From NCBI RefSeq assembly GCF_009914755.1, contig NC_060937.1: 64,000 nucleotides of DNA; one strand, written 5' to 3'. Position numbers and translations under genes: made by a program. This document shows positions 28,938 through 43,539 of this stretch, one piece after another (within the stretch, counting starts at the first letter, position 1; each line of letters begins with the position of its first letter). The DNA comes from the human T2T-CHM13v2.0 reference genome, Homo sapiens. The notes beneath the pieces are model-generated. The model was given only the letters and a program-made list of their open reading frames with translations, made no database searches and was not told where the DNA came from.

Positions 28938-29849
28938 GTTTCCTTGTCATGAAATGTAACTCACATTTTTCTGATTTTTTTCTTCTCCCAAAGCCTTTGG
29001 GTCCAAAATTGTCTAAAATAGAATAAATAGATGACCTTCCTATCTGATTAATAAATTGTTTGATTGCTTACAGGTTCATAGTGCCCAGATTTCTTTTGTA
29101 ATTTGATAAACGTGTTTTAAAGACTATATCATGCCTAGTAGACTGTATATTTCTCCTTGCTGCCTCACTATCCCTGAAGCTGAATGGTATACCTAGATTA
29201 TATTTATTTTCATAGTAAGCTCTCCCACTACCATATTTTTTCAATACATTTAGAGCTAATCAATACTCAATCTTGCACCTAATTCCAGACTCGTATCTGT
29301 GATCTCAATGTCAGTTCCAAGTTAATCAGCCTTTGCATTTCCTAGAATGTCTATTTGCCAGTATTCAAGAATAATCTAATCCAATTCACCCTAGTATGCC
29401 AGAATTTTCACTGTTGTTCTTAGGTTCCCTATCTATAATTGTATCTCAACAAATAGATTCTGTTGCAGCCCTATTAAAATCCTAACTAATAAGTCATAAG
29501 CCCAATTGGCTTGCTTCCATGTCTTTGCTCATTCTGGTTGCTTTCTTTATTACAAAAATTCAAACTCCTACCTGTTTTGATTTCTATCTGGTTAATTCTA
29601 CCTACTACCATATTTAACATTATGCATTACTCTAATTTCCTCTTTTCATTAGGACCTACAATATGGAAACCTCTGCATTTACGCATGACTACCAAACCTT
29701 CCCACTCATAACTGGGTAAAACATGCTTGCCCCTATCTCAAGGGTAGATCCTTTTCATGAGCTGCAGTGGTTTTCCACTCGTGTTCTCAAGTGAGAGTGT
29801 TTACTGGTGTTCTCTCTGCAAATCAGCCACAAGTAAGTAATTTCTTGGA

Positions 29850-30020
29850 CATCTCTTTCCCCAGATTTCAGATTACTTGGTTTCTCTGTAATTTCAGGTC
29901 TCTCATAGCTTCAAAGGAACAGTTAATTTGCAGTTTCTTCAGATATTTTATTATTATCAGGATGTCAACAGTATTCTTTCTAGCTCACTCTTTCTGTAAG
30001 CTGAAAATTTTAGAAATCTT
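29850..30020 (-). mobile_element. L1ME-type 5' end fragment
   Basis: tctctgtaatttcaggtctctcatagcttcaaaggaacagttaatttgcagttt...gctgaaaattttagaaatc resembles reversed L1ME 5' termini. Confidence 0.5.
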
Positions 30021-30042
30021 CTGAATTGTTTTAGAAAAATCT

Positions 30043-30150
30043 AGCCAAGCATGATGCATATCTTTAATCCCAGCTACTTGGGAAGCAGTGGTGGGGTGAT
30101 TGAGCCCAGGAGTTCAGGGCTAGCCTGGTCAGCATTGTGCGACCCCATTT
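30043..30150 (+). mobile_element. Alu monomer (FLAM/FAM-like)
   Basis: agccaagcatg...taatcccagctacttggg...ttgagcccaggagttc...gaccccatttc; single arm. Confidence 0.8.
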
Positions 30151-31447
30151 CATTAAGGTTTCTTTGCATATACTATTTCATATGTAACTATCACCATTTT
30201 AGGTAGCCCTTTTTTTCTTTCCCAATACCTATGCCATAGCATAATGAATAACCCCATGCCATTTTTTTTTAAAATGACATTTTCACATGCTAAGAATATC
30301 TTGGAAGATTATCTTTAGGGTTAATCAGAATTCCTAATTCCCTCAGAGATCCTCAGAGAGTTTTTTTTTTTAATTGTGTTAACATTAATGAGTATTGTGA
30401 CAAGACTAAACATTAAGGGAGAAATTAATTTTGTTATACTGCTAGATCTTGTATTATTATCGTGCATGTATAATTTCCTCTCTTCTATATTTAAATGTCT
30501 TTGAGGAAAAAACTCATATTAAAATTATTATGTGTGCATTATCTTCATATTAGGTATGAAATAGTTATTGAATTTATTTTGAGTACTTATGAATCTTCGT
30601 GAAGACCAGGAGTCAAAATAACAATCACTAATAAGAGTATTAATTCTACTTTGTTTGCCTCTCTGCATTTTTTCTGTTAGTGTAAACATCCACTAGACAG
30701 GTAGGTAAACATTTCATAAATCTCAAGTTAAATGAGATAAAAATGACATGGCAACTATGAAAAGATCCAATAGTCAATAACGTTTGTGGCATTAAAATTG
30801 TCACTACACAGACTTCTAGCACAAAATAAGCACCAAAAAAATAAAGAAATGTATCTAATCTACTCTTATTCTTCTCTCAAGAAATTATCGAATTTAGCTG
30901 GACAGAGATAGTAGAAAGAAAATTTTGGGATACCAGGCAGTTAGGGGTCAAATAACCCTGTTTGAAGCACAGGGAGATTTCAGTCATCATAAGGCATCTT
31001 ATGGTCAGCTTGCTAATGAGTTACTGCAAAAAAGTTAATAAGTAAGAGACAGAAGCAAAGAACCATGTGGAGTGGTGACAGAAGCAATTTCACTTAATTT
31101 TATCAGAGTTAGCCCTTATCTCTACCCTGCGGATGCAGCTGAATGAATGTAGCAGCTATCATAAAACTTTATAAAGGCCTCCCAATGTTCTATGCAATTT
31201 TTTACACAAAATGTAATATTGAAAAAAATGGGAAAAAAATAAACTGACTTTTTGATTATGGTGATGATGTATATTCTAATGGAGGTAGGAAGGTGCCAAA
31301 GACATTTCCAGAAATACTTGTACTTAGTTAAATAATGTAGATATTTTACACCTAATGTAAAGATGATGTTGTTCTATTAAGCTACTTTTGATGGATTCCC
31401 AAGGGCACACTTGTTCTCTCAATACTGATTCCCAGTTGTTTTTAGTG

Positions 31448-33933
31448 CAGGCATACCTTGAAGATATTGTGCGTTCTGTTCCAAACTTCTGCAATAAAGC
31501 CAATATTGCAATAAAGTGAATCACACAAATTTTTGGTTTTCCAGTGCCTATAAAAGTTATGTTTACAAGATACTATAGTACATTGTATGCAATAGCATTA
31601 TGTCAAAAAACTGTACAAATCTTAATTTAGAAAAAATCTTTATTTCTAAAAAGATAACAATCATCTGAGCCTTCAGAGAGTCGTAATCTTTTTGCTGGTG
31701 GAAGGGCTTGACTCAGTGTTGATGGCTGCTGATTGATCAGCATGGTGGTTGCTGAAGGTTGGAGAAGCTGTGGGAAATTTTTCTAATGATACAACCATGA
31801 AGTTTGCCTCATTGATTGGCTCTTTCTTTCACTAAAGATTTCCCTGTGGCATGCCATGTTGTTTGATAGCATTTTACCCACAGTACAACTTCATTCAAAA
31901 TTGGAATTAATCCTCTCAAACTCTGCTGCTGTTTTATCAACTAAGATTATGTAATATTCTAAGTTATTTGTCGTTCCAACAATGTTCACGGCATTGTCAC
32001 CAGGAGTTACAATTTCATCTTAATAAATCACTTTCTTTTTTCGTCCATAAAAGGCAACTTCTCATCCATTCTAATTTTATCATGAGATTGCAGCAATACA
32101 GTAGCATTTTCAGTCTCCACTTCTAATTCTAGTTCTCACTATTGCCACCACATCTGCAGTCATTTCCTCCACTGAAGGACTGAATTCCTCAAAGTCATCC
32201 AAGAGTGCTGAAGTACACTTCTTGCAAATTTCTGTTAATTTTACTTTGACCTCCTCCCATGAATCACGAATGTTCTTAATCACATCTGGAATGGTGAGTT
32301 CTTTCCACACAGCTTTCAGTTCACTTTGCCCAGATCCATCAGAAGAATCACTATCTATAGAAGCTATAGCCTTACAAAATGTATTTCTTAAATAGGGAGA
32401 CTTGAAAGTCACAACTAATCCTTGATCCATGGGTGGCAGAATGTTACGTTTGCAGGCATGAAAACAACACAAATCTCCTTGTACATCTCCATCAGAGCTC
32501 TTGGGTAACCAAGTGCATGACAATGTAAGTAATATTGTCAATATTATTGTCAATGACAAGTAATATTGTGAAAATGAAAAGACATATTTTTTGAACTGTA
32601 GGTTTCAACAATAGGCCTAAAATATTCAGTAAACCATGGTATAAACAGATGTCCTGTCATTCAGGCTTTCTTGTTCCATTTATAGTGCATAGGCAGAATA
32701 GATTTAACATAATTCTCAAAGGCCTGAGGATTTTCAGAATGGTAAATGGCATTTGCTTCCACTTAAAGTCACCCGCTGCATTAGCCCCTAATAAGAGAAT
32801 CAGTCTGTCCTTTAGAGCTTTGAAGCCAGGCATTGACTTCTCTTCTCTAGCTATGAAGGTCCTAGATGGCATCTTCTTCCTATAGAAGGCTGAGATGTCG
32901 ACAGTGGAAATCTGTTGTATGGTGTTAACTGCCTTCATCAATGATCTTAACTAGACCTCCTAAGATAACTTGCTGCAGCTTCTACAACAGCACTTGCAGC
33001 TTCACCTTGTAATTGCATGTTATAGAGAGAGCTTCTTTACGAAACCTCCTGAACCAACCGCTGCTCTCTCCTGTCTTTTCTTTTTCAGCTTCCTCATCTC
33101 TCTCAGTCTCCAAGAAATTAAAGACAGCTAGGACTTTACCCAATTAGGACGTGGCTTTGGCTAAAGGAATGTTGTGATTTGGTTTTATCCTCTATCCAGA
33201 CCACTACAACTTTCTCCATAAATAAATAAGCCTGTTTTACTTTCTCATCGTTCATGTGTTCACTGGAATGTCAATTTTAATTTACTTCAAGAAATTTTTT
33301 ACCTTTGTTTCACAATTTGGCAATTGTTTGGCATAAGAGGCCTAGATTTCAGCCTATCACAGCTTTCAATATGCCTACCTCAGTAAGCTTAATCATTTCT
33401 AATTTTTGATTTAAAGTGAAAGAAGTGAAAGATGTCCAACTCTTCCTTTCACCTGAACATTTAGAGGCCATTGTAAGGTTATAATTGGCCTAATTTTAAT
33501 ATTGTTGTGTTTCAGGGAGTAGGGAGGCCTGAGCAGAGACAGAGAGGCAGAGAGAGAGAGAGACAGAAAGAGGAGAGGGAGAAAAGCAGCAGGGAGTGCA
33601 GCTAGTTGGTGGAGCAGTTAGAAGGCATACAACACACATTTAAGTTTGACATCTTATTTGGGCGCAGTTTGTTGATACCCCAAAACTATTACAATAGTAA
33701 CATGAAAGATCACTGATCACAGATAAGCATAACAGATATAATAATAATGGAAAAGTTTGAGTTTTGTGAGACTTATCAAAATGTGACACAAAAACATGAA
33801 GTAGGCCCATGCTGTTGGATAAATGGCACAAATAGATTTGCTTGATCCAGGATTGCCACAAACCTTCAATTTAAAACATCACGTTATCTACAAAGTGTAA
33901 TAAAGCTAACAGCAATAAAACAAAGTATGCCTG
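31448..33933 (-). mobile_element. Full-length Tigger1 DNA transposon with a decayed pogo-like transposase
   Basis: Terminal inverted repeats caggcatac.../...gtatgcctg followed by TA; about 2.49 kb; minus-strand fragments [37 protein letters not shown] and PMDQG.V.TFKS.YLRNTF.KAI. Confidence 0.97.
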
Positions 33934-35914
33934 TAATTCTGTTCCTCTCAGGTGCTTTCTTGATGTGGGAATGAGCAAGACAGATAATTTGTATACATGG
34001 AGGTAAGGCAGGAAGGTCATCCTAGTCTTGATTTCTCAGCTATGTTTCTTGCTGACTTTTTTCTGTTAGTTGTGTGAAATCTGTATTTTAATGTCTATCA
34101 AATATTTTCCTAAGCAATTGATAACACGTATACTCTATAGCTGTATAGTTCCAAACTGTTTACATTGTTAAATATCAGTTTTCTCTCTCAGTGGCCAGGG
34201 AAAAGTGAGAAATTAAAAACAACCCTAATTTTAAGAAAAAAAAAGTTATTAGTACAGAAATACTCCTTGCCTCCACACACACAAAAAATGATACCTACAG
34301 TATGGTTGAAAAACTTTTCAGTTGAAAATTCTTAAAGACAGATCAAGGAGATTTGGGGAGAGATGAAGCAACTTAAATGCAAAGAATGTAAGTCAACATG
34401 TGAAAACATGAAAAAGTATGCCACCAAAAAGATACATAAAGGTGAATCCATCAGTTTTTAACTTGAACACTGAAAAAAAATGTACTTTTCAATTTAAATT
34501 TATTTCTTTCTTCCTAGATATGCTCATGTGTTTCTTTTTCATTCTGACTATATGTCCTATGTTGACGATAGCACTGACGTGGTCATTTGATTCTTTAGGT
34601 CACGGTAGCCCTATCTGGAGTATTTTCTAGTCCTTACCTGTTCACAGCCTGCTTTAAATTAGTCAAAAGGCAGCACCTTAAGGTAGGTAGCCTCTGGGAC
34701 CACAGGTCTTTCTTCATTCGTTCTCCCTTCCCTCTTAAACCTTGTGGCCTATTGTGTTACTTTGTCTATTTCCCCTAGCTAGAGATCTGCTGTGATTAGC
34801 CAAATCTCCTGAAATCTGAATATCATGAGCCTGCCTGAGTCTCACCATTCTTCTCCTGAGCAAAAACACCCATGCATTTGGACGGCCCATATTCCCTGAA
34901 AAAGGAAGCTTCTAAATTGTTTCATCAGTTTCTGATTTTGCCAGATCTGGCATCCTTCCTCTCCTAGAAAGTTAATTTTGCTGAAACTCTTGCAAATACT
35001 TCTTATAATTCCAAATTTTGAAAATATGTAGTAACCCTTGTTGGCATAGTGATTGTCCAGTGCGATTTGTTGCACCCTGAATGTAATTATGGATTTTAGG
35101 TTGAAAAACACATTTTACTGGATAAAACCCATGATCTCCATATTAAATCTTACAAATTAAATCAGAATGCAACACAACTTATGGATCTAAATTTTATTAT
35201 TATCCCTTAATACTCATGCCTAGGCACTTGCAATGTACTTTCCCCTTGTCAAGACCTTTCAGTTTAACCCTCTCAAATCTACCTATATTTAGTTATCACT
35301 ACATCTCCTCTATACAATACTAACTTGAATCTTTTAAAAGATAGTTCTTTTTTCTGTAGTGGTCTTTCCAATCTCTCGACATACCTCAAAGCATCTTTCT
35401 AAAAATATTTTAGCCCATATTGTTTACTTCCTTTCCTGATCTCCTCTGTTAAATAATATTGACATGAAATGATTTCACTCTTAAAATTATCTGACAGTGC
35501 TATAGCACAGAGATTGTCATTATTTGGTTTTTATTTAACAGTTGAGGAAAAGTAGAAGTCAGGAATAATAAATGCCATTTTTTTCAGCAGATATTCATTA
35601 ATCCTCATTTATTCAAATTAAGTTCACAGTATTTCAAATGTAAAATATTCCTGTGACAAGTTTATTGTGTCTTTTACTTACTCTGATTTTTTTTTCAGCT
35701 TTCATTGATGCAATCTCAACAGGAGACCTGCCTAGTACTGGAAACCAGTATCAGAACTTGAATTTGCTTTCCACGCCTGTGGAAATCTGTATTATTTTCA
35801 TAAACATTCTCTGATTAGTTGAGGAGTAAATTTAGTATAATCTAGCACACAAAATTAAGAATCATTAAGTGATTTGGCTTATTACCCCAAAACTTGGGCA
35901 GAAATCATTTTATT

Positions 35915-36130
35915 ATACTTATTTATTAAATACATGTTTAGTGCTTTTCATATCCCAGGCAATGAACGGGGTGCAGCAAATGTAAATATAAATAAGACAT
36001 AATTCCTGCTTCTAAGGATTGTACAGTCTAGTGAGAGAGAGGGCATAAATAAAAATATTTATAGTGTTGTGAGGTAATTGCCAGTTGGTGCTTCTACAGT
36101 GCTGTGGGAGACACTGCATGAGAAAATGCC
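35915..36130 (-). mobile_element. L2 3' end
   Basis: atttattaaatacatgtttagtgcttttcatatcccaggc...aataagacataattcctgcttctaaggattgtacagtctagtg. Confidence 0.7.
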
Positions 36131-36558
36131 CTGTTCCTGATATGCTCACACCTCCCCACATGGAAAGCCCAAAATACAATCCTTTCCTGTGTAAATCCAA
36201 ACCTCTGCGTTCTTAAAATTTGTGTGAACCCAAAAGGTTGAACTTGTCTTTCTTACTCTTCCATGTTCTTTTTCCAGGTTCCCTGAAACATCTTAGATAC
36301 ACAGTAAGTATTTTGTAAATATGGGCTTATAATACTTTATCTACAATAACAAAATATATGGAGTTTTCAAAATCTAGTATTTTTTAAATTATTTGACTCA
36401 TTTGCAAATTGAACCTGAATTGAAATAACATGCTCTGTAATTGCTATTTATTCCTCTTCATGTGACTATCATGTCTTTTGGGTACAAAAATATTAATATA
36501 TTTGATTATGAGGTGCTGCCTCAGAATTTATTCAAAGTGTTATGTAATATTTGGTATG

Positions 36559-36858
36559 AGATGGGCACAGTGGTGCATGCCAGTAGTCCCAGCACTTTGA
36601 GAGGCCTAGGAGGGAGGATTGCTTGAGCCTAGAAGTTAAAGACCAGCCTGGAAAACATGGTGAAACCCTGTCTCTACAAAAATCACACACACACAAAAAT
36701 TAGCCTAGCATGGTGGCACACCATGTAGTCTCAGCTATTTGGGAAGTTGAGGTGGGAGGATCACTTGAGCCTTGGAGATTGAGGCTGCAGTGAGCTGTGA
36801 TCGTGCTGCAGCCTGGGTGACAATGAGACCTTGCCTCAAAAAATAATAATTAAAAAAA
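36559..36858 (+). mobile_element. AluJ, full length
   Basis: J-type ggaggattgcttgagcc and gaggctgcagtgagctgtgatc; degenerate TSD tt(g/a)gtatg. Confidence 0.92.
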
Positions 36859-38639
36859 TTAGTATGTGCACTATATTAACTTTTTTGAAAAATATATATG
36901 TGAGACACATATAAAACATTTCAAATGTTTTATATATACATACATATATAGTGAGATCTATATATATCATTTCAAAGTGTTTGTGGCTTAAGGGGTCTCA
37001 GGAGATAAGAATCTGCATTCTTGTCTGTGATCCAGCATGAAGTGTAACCTGCCCAAGCAGACCTTTCTTTGAATATTCTTCAGCCGTGGCAACTCTTGCC
37101 ACATCACTTTCTCGCTGGTTCACAGTTGTCAGTTTCAAATCGAGGATCAATTGCAAGGCAAGCCCAAACAGCATAGAACATTCTGAGCAAAAGGGCTGTT
37201 AAAGAAGGCAAAGCCCCAGGTATCTTAAAAATTGACTTGTAAGCCAAGAGTAGCCCCCTTTAGATGTACACAGACTGAAGTCGATAATATACGGACTCCT
37301 CAGTTTACTTGAGAAATATGGATACACATGGGAAAAGTATTTCCTTTACATTCAGTGGGCTTCAGCATGATGCTAAGGTGTGAATAAAAAGTTGGTTTTA
37401 CAGACAGTCACTGCGTTTCCTCATCATCTTTTTTGTAATTATCACATTTTCTTCATCTCTGTCTATATATATTATAGATTAAGAAAATGAATTAACTTTC
37501 CATTTGGCAGTACATATATTTTATTCTAATATTTTATTTGAAGTGTTTATTTCAGATGTTAGAAAATTGGTCAAATCAAACTACTGTTCTTTCCGTATAT
37601 ATTAATACCTTAGAATTTTTCATAAATTATAAGTGAGATTCATAATATTAATCTGAAAATGTATCAATTCAGGAAAAATTTTTTTTTTGCTTTTGTCATC
37701 AGTGAAAAATTATAAGAAACTATTTTTAATGAACCTTGTATACACATAAATTATCTAGATCAGATTCTGTTTTTTCCCCTTTGTAATGAAATTTAAAGAT
37801 TTCACTTTCTTTTAGCAAGTTACAACTACAATTTTTCTTTAGAAAGGAGAAAAACAGAACTCCTTGGATCCTTTAAGAAAAAATCTTGAGAATGCAGTTT
37901 CTTTTACCTCTTAATGTCTTAAGTTTCAATCATCTATTTCATTTTTACAGGACAAGAACAGCAGTTTTCGTTAAATTGCTAAGTTCTACCTAGTTCAATA
38001 CATTTTCTACCTTAGGCCTTTCTTGAGATTTCTATGACTACTAAGTTGTAAAAAGAATAAAAAGAGACTTTTACTTCTCAGCTGGATGAAAACAAGTCAT
38101 GGCACTCTGGCTTACTGTTGAACTCTAGCAAAGGGGTACAAACAGCAATTGTCTCTTGTGATATAATCTGACACTTTCCAAAGATTTTCAGGGTCAACTT
38201 AAATAGCAGCTCATTCCCTCGCCACAATCCATCAGAACTAAGCTTGAAATGTAACTTAAGTTCCTTCTAAATAATAAAAAACAAATTCATGAAAACTCAG
38301 AAAAACCTGCCTCAGTTTTTGTTTGTTTCTTTGTTTTGTGGACATTGTTTTGTTGTTGTTGTTGTTGTTCATTTGTTTCAGGTTTTTTAATAGAAGATAT
38401 TATGGCAAAATATAAATTGGAAGGTAGAATTTAAAGTTCTTTATATATTTTATATGCTTTTAAGCTATCAATACTAAAGTCGTATTATTGACAAGAAACT
38501 TGTCACAATTTTAATGCTACTGCAAATAAAGCTAATGCTGCTTAGGATGTAAGAGAAGAAATAAAATGGGGAGGCTAAGTTAATAAAAGTGCTAGTGTAA
38601 CATGCCCATCCAGGGTAGTCTGTTCTATATACCATGTGT

Positions 38640-38845
38640 TAAAGCACACTGTCACTTACCTTCAGAACATGCATCATACTATGTTACTATATATGAACTT
38701 ATGGATTTTTTCTAAATATCTGCCTCCCAAACATGCTATAACTTTCCTAAGAGCAGAAACTGCATTTGAATACTCAAAACTGGATCAGTATAGTTCTTGA
38801 TAGTACAGAATACACAGACAATAAATATTTTTTAAATGAATGAAA
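38640..38845 (+). mobile_element. L2 3' end
   Basis: tctgcctcccaaacatgctataactttcctaagagcagaaac...caataaatattttttaaatgaatgaa. Confidence 0.6.
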
Positions 38846-38999
38846 AGGTCCTGGGCAATTTTATCAGACTGTTATAAGATCTGTAATTTTTGTCATATCA
38901 GAGAACATCAGATATACTAAGTAATTTATTTTGGAAAAGGGAAGGAAAGGAGAAGGAAAAGGTAAGAAAGAAGCCATAGTCATTGGCAAATGTTTGAAG

Positions 39000-39290
39000 T
39001 TATTTTATATAAAAGATGAAATGGCCTTTTTTTTTCCAGTAAGCAGAACCATGATAATAGACTAGACATTACAGAAATATAGACTTCAGGTAAACAAGAG
39101 GAAAGATTTTTCTAAAAAGTAGAATTGTTTATAACATAACATGTTAATGAGAGATGTACCAAGCTGCTTAATAGAAATGTGAAGCAGAGAAAACTACTTA
39201 CCCAAGCACACATAAGAAATGTTCCAGGATAGGTTGGGACTTTGTAGGAAATCATTTCTGAGATCATCCATGGCATTAATATTTTATATT
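39000..39290 (+). mobile_element. CR1/L3 3' fragment
   Basis: ttacagaaatatagacttcaggtaaacaagaggaaagatttttctaaaaagtagaattgtt resembles the L3 RT C-terminal region. Confidence 0.5.
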
Positions 39291-39421
39291 CAGTTGATAT
39301 TGTTATCTAATGCAAAAGAAGCAATTGGAATTATTATAATTTCCTAAAATAAGAAACTTTTAAAATCAACTGACATATTCAATAAACTTAATATTTTGTA
39401 GACTTCATACAAAACCGTAAA

Positions 39422-39684
<263 letters not shown>

Positions 39685-42079
39685 ATTTTACAATTTATAT
39701 TAAATAACTAGAGTTGAAAAAGTAGTGTAGCACTGGAATTCAATTAGTAAATTCAAATGTATTCTGTGTTTAGTTAAAATCAGGAATCTTGCCTTGATAG
39801 TGTTCAAATTCAATTGTGAATGGCAAATCTTTGAATCTCACATCAGTTCTCTCTCTTGGATTTTTGAGAAGAGTCCTGAAGTCAGTCATTTTCTCCCACA
39901 GTGGTACCCTGCCTAATGCATTTGCTAATTGATTCTTTTCATTTACTTATTACTTTAAGCAGGTGACATTCACATACTATATTATGGCCTCTTATATGTG
40001 AAGGAAAAATAATTTCCTAACAATAATGCCTGTGTATACAACTGTACGAAGATGCTGCAGCAGCCTCATGTCATCATTCTGATCTGTCTTTCTGGAACTT
40101 GCATTTCCAAGACAGATTTTTGCCCTGCTTCTGCCACACAGACTTACAGTTTGCCAAAGCCTTGCTTCAAATTGACAACCTCATTTCGGAGGGATGATGA
40201 TAGATTACACCTTTCATATTTCCAAGTCAACTTAATTTTCTTGGTCAAAATGCATACCAAAATTTTGGTGCTGGTGGCAGTGACTGTGAAGGCGGGGAAG
40301 GTTATATTACTGTTGACCAAACAGGTTGGTGCTCAAGATTTCAGCAAACCAGCAGGTAACACATATATCCTCACCCTGTTGAACTGGAGCATTGTCATGA
40401 GACTAAATTTCACAAGATTTAAACAGAATTGGACTTTGTCAGTTCCAAGCAGACAGTTTAATGAGCCAGTACATCGTTTCTACGTCCCTCTGCCGCAAAC
40501 CTGTAATGTTCTATCCAGACACTACTCTGCCCACCTTGGACCTAAAGTAAAGGCACCATAGAACTACTACACAGGCAGTGGTCTCAACACCTGAGAATGG
40601 TGTTGAGTAAAAATATTCCTTTGTTGTGAGCCTCTGCAGTTCAGGGCTTACTTGTCACCACAGCACTTCCTAACCTATCCTGATTGATTCAGAAGTGTAA
40701 GGTTTGAGTTTTCTCAACTCAGAGATTTGAATGAAAGGAATTATAAACCAATCATGTCTGGCATTGAAAACAATGTGTAGAGGCAAAGTGGGCAGGTCTC
40801 CACGTGAACATGCAGAAAGAAGAGCACCAGGGTGAATCAAAAAGAACTCAGCTTCCAACAAGTCAAAAGAAACTTAATGTAAAATAGTTAATCACCTTGA
40901 ATGGAAAACAGGAATTTTGCTAATTTATGTGGCTGATAAAATAAACCATAGAATAAATTTTGAGTAGAAGAGGAGAACATGTTGCTGTAGATAAAGATAT
41001 TAGGATGAGGTTTTTGGCTTCAGAAACGGAGAGGAAGTGACAGCTTTTAAGGACAGGAACAGGAAGAAATAACAGAATTTTGAAATGTGTTGAACAGCCT
41101 GGATGTGGGAGAAAAAAAAAAGTAGGTTTGTTAGTGATGCCAAGGTAAAGTGATTGAAAAATGAGCATGCCACCAAATGGAGAGAGAGGAAAAAAAGAAC
41201 ACAGAAAGACAGATGAACACAAAAAGGGGAGAGGATGGCAGGTAACTTTTGCTTATACCCAAGCACTTGGCACAATGAGTCTAGTACAGTAATTTACATG
41301 GGGTCCACAATGTTCCTTCTCTCCTTTAGAAAAGAAGGAATGGTCACTATTTTGTATTACTTTGAAATAATTTATTTATTTTGTTATAAAGTCAAATTAG
41401 CATACCACTTGAATGAGTTCCATGTACATATAGAGAAATTAGTTTATGAATATGTGGAAATATTAAAGATAGAGTGAGGTAATGTCAAGAAAATCTCAAT
41501 CTTTGTTATTTCTGACGAACCATTTCTAAAACATAAAAATGAAATAAATTAATGTTTTTAGACTATAAATATGAACTCATCTATATAGTTTCTCATGAGA
41601 ATATGATAGTCTGTTTTTATTTAAAGATAAACATTGATGCTGCTTCAACCAAGAGAATGATAACCAGAGGAAGAAAATGCATGTTAAGGGTGAAAAAAGT
41701 AACACTAGAATATCTTTCTATGACAATGATATGCCAGTGATGAAAGTTAGAGCTATCACTGTCAGGGATTCCAAATCTTCTAAAAGGAAGCACACGTTTC
41801 AGAAACTTTTTCTGTTCTACTCATATTTGAGGCTAGGACTGCAATGATCATGAAACAAGAGCTGGAGACAGAGATGATTTCACAATTTCTAGCTGCATCA
41901 TTTTCCTCTTTATTGTTCAGAAAACTGAGGAGGATAATAGAGTATGTGCAGATCATGAGGGTGCCTGGTGGCATGAGAAAGCAGCAATTTGGTCATCAAT
42001 ACTGGGATTTGAGATGCTAAGGTAAACTGGTAGGAGGATATATCCTATTTGGAGACATCTCCTTTAATCATTTATTAAC

Positions 42080-42400
42080 CCATCAACAACTTTTTCATCA
42101 AGCAAGTACCACCTGCCAGGCATAACTCAAAATATGGGGGACATACAAGTACATAAGCCAAACAAAATTCCTTTATCTAGCAGGGTTTACAATCAAAATC
42201 AGAAGATAAACAATGAAAAAAATGCAAAATATAGCACATGCTGGATGTTATTGAATAATTTAGAAAAAAAATGGAAAAGATAAAATGAAAGTGTGTGGTA
42301 TCTGGAGCAAAATTTAAAATATTTTGATCAGAGGAGGCTTTATCTGAACCATCTGAGAGATAATCTGCGAGGAACAAACACTTCGGGCAAATAGTAGTGA
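42080..42400 (-). mobile_element. L2 3' fragment
   Basis: catcaacaactttttcatcaagcaagtaccacctgccaggcat...gatcagaggaggctttatctga. Confidence 0.55.
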
Positions 42401-43539
42401 CTGATATAATCAAGAATGGATTCCATGATGAGGCTTTCTAAATGGACTCAGGGAATTAAAGCAGTGGTTTTTCCCAGAGCACCAGACCCCAGGCTCCTTT
42501 GTACTCTTGTTGGTAGAAGGCCAGAAGGTAGAAAACACTCATTTCTGGAACATCCAGCTCACTCAAATCAAATAAAAATGTGGGACTTCCTTCTCACTTT
42601 GTCAGTTTAACTTCCTAATAAATGCGAATGTGAAGGTGTTAGCATTTTTTTAATGAAAATAAGTGTTTGATCTATGTTCTCACCAATTCCTTAACACAAG
42701 CCACTGTGGGAATCATATACCTGGTATACATGTCTGAACGAATAAAGTAGCGCTCATAAAGCTGTAGGTGCTTGGATGCATCTTAGATTACACACTAAAA
42801 CTCTCAGCTTTGTTTGGGTGTCACCTAAGCATACATTCAAATACAAATACAAGAAGACAGTGACACATATCTGAATTTGGGTCTGAAGGTAGAAGTCACA
42901 GAATTTTCCTGTGAAACAATGAATGTGTAAATTAAGCTGCAAAAGCATTTGGGCAAGGGATTTTGTTGTTTTCTATCTGTTTTAATTCTCAATACTCCAC
43001 TGTTTAGGTATACTTCAGGACTTTAAAAATATACATATCCCCTAATTCACATGCACTGTTCTTGAATCTTTTCAAACTCCTTCCTTTAAAAAATAATAAA
43101 AATGTTGAGTATTCTACATTTACATTTTAATATTAAGGATTTTTTAAATAAAAAAACATTTACAAATATTTAAAGCATTAGATTTATATCTATATTATTT
43201 TCTTGAATAATTGTTGGTTAATTTTTATAATTGGAATTTGTGGTAGGAAGTTTCTCTCAATATTTTTACTCTCTTATTTAATGTTTTGTGTTATTGCTGC
43301 AAAGCTAATTCCAAGTCAAAATCTATCATATTAAACAGTAGAATATAATTTTGACAATGTGCAATGTTTATATTTGAACTGATTATAGTTTTTGAAGGGA
43401 AATAAAATATAAAATCAAAAGTAAAATATACATAAAGAATAAAATATAAATAAAAAGAAAAAAAGGGGATACGTGGGCCATAGAATATTCTGTAGCAGGA
43501 ATTCTTATTCTGCATTCTGTGAAATGCCATGTTTTGTAA

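Noticed and set aside
32110-32941. Transposase-like ORFs suggesting a domesticated TIGD gene
   Set aside because: Fragmented by stops and frameshifts inside an ordinary Tigger1 copy
36250-36312. Apparent 26-nt exon (ttccAG...aca|GTAAGT)
   Set aside because: Resembles a decayed L2 tail, is very short and has no other support
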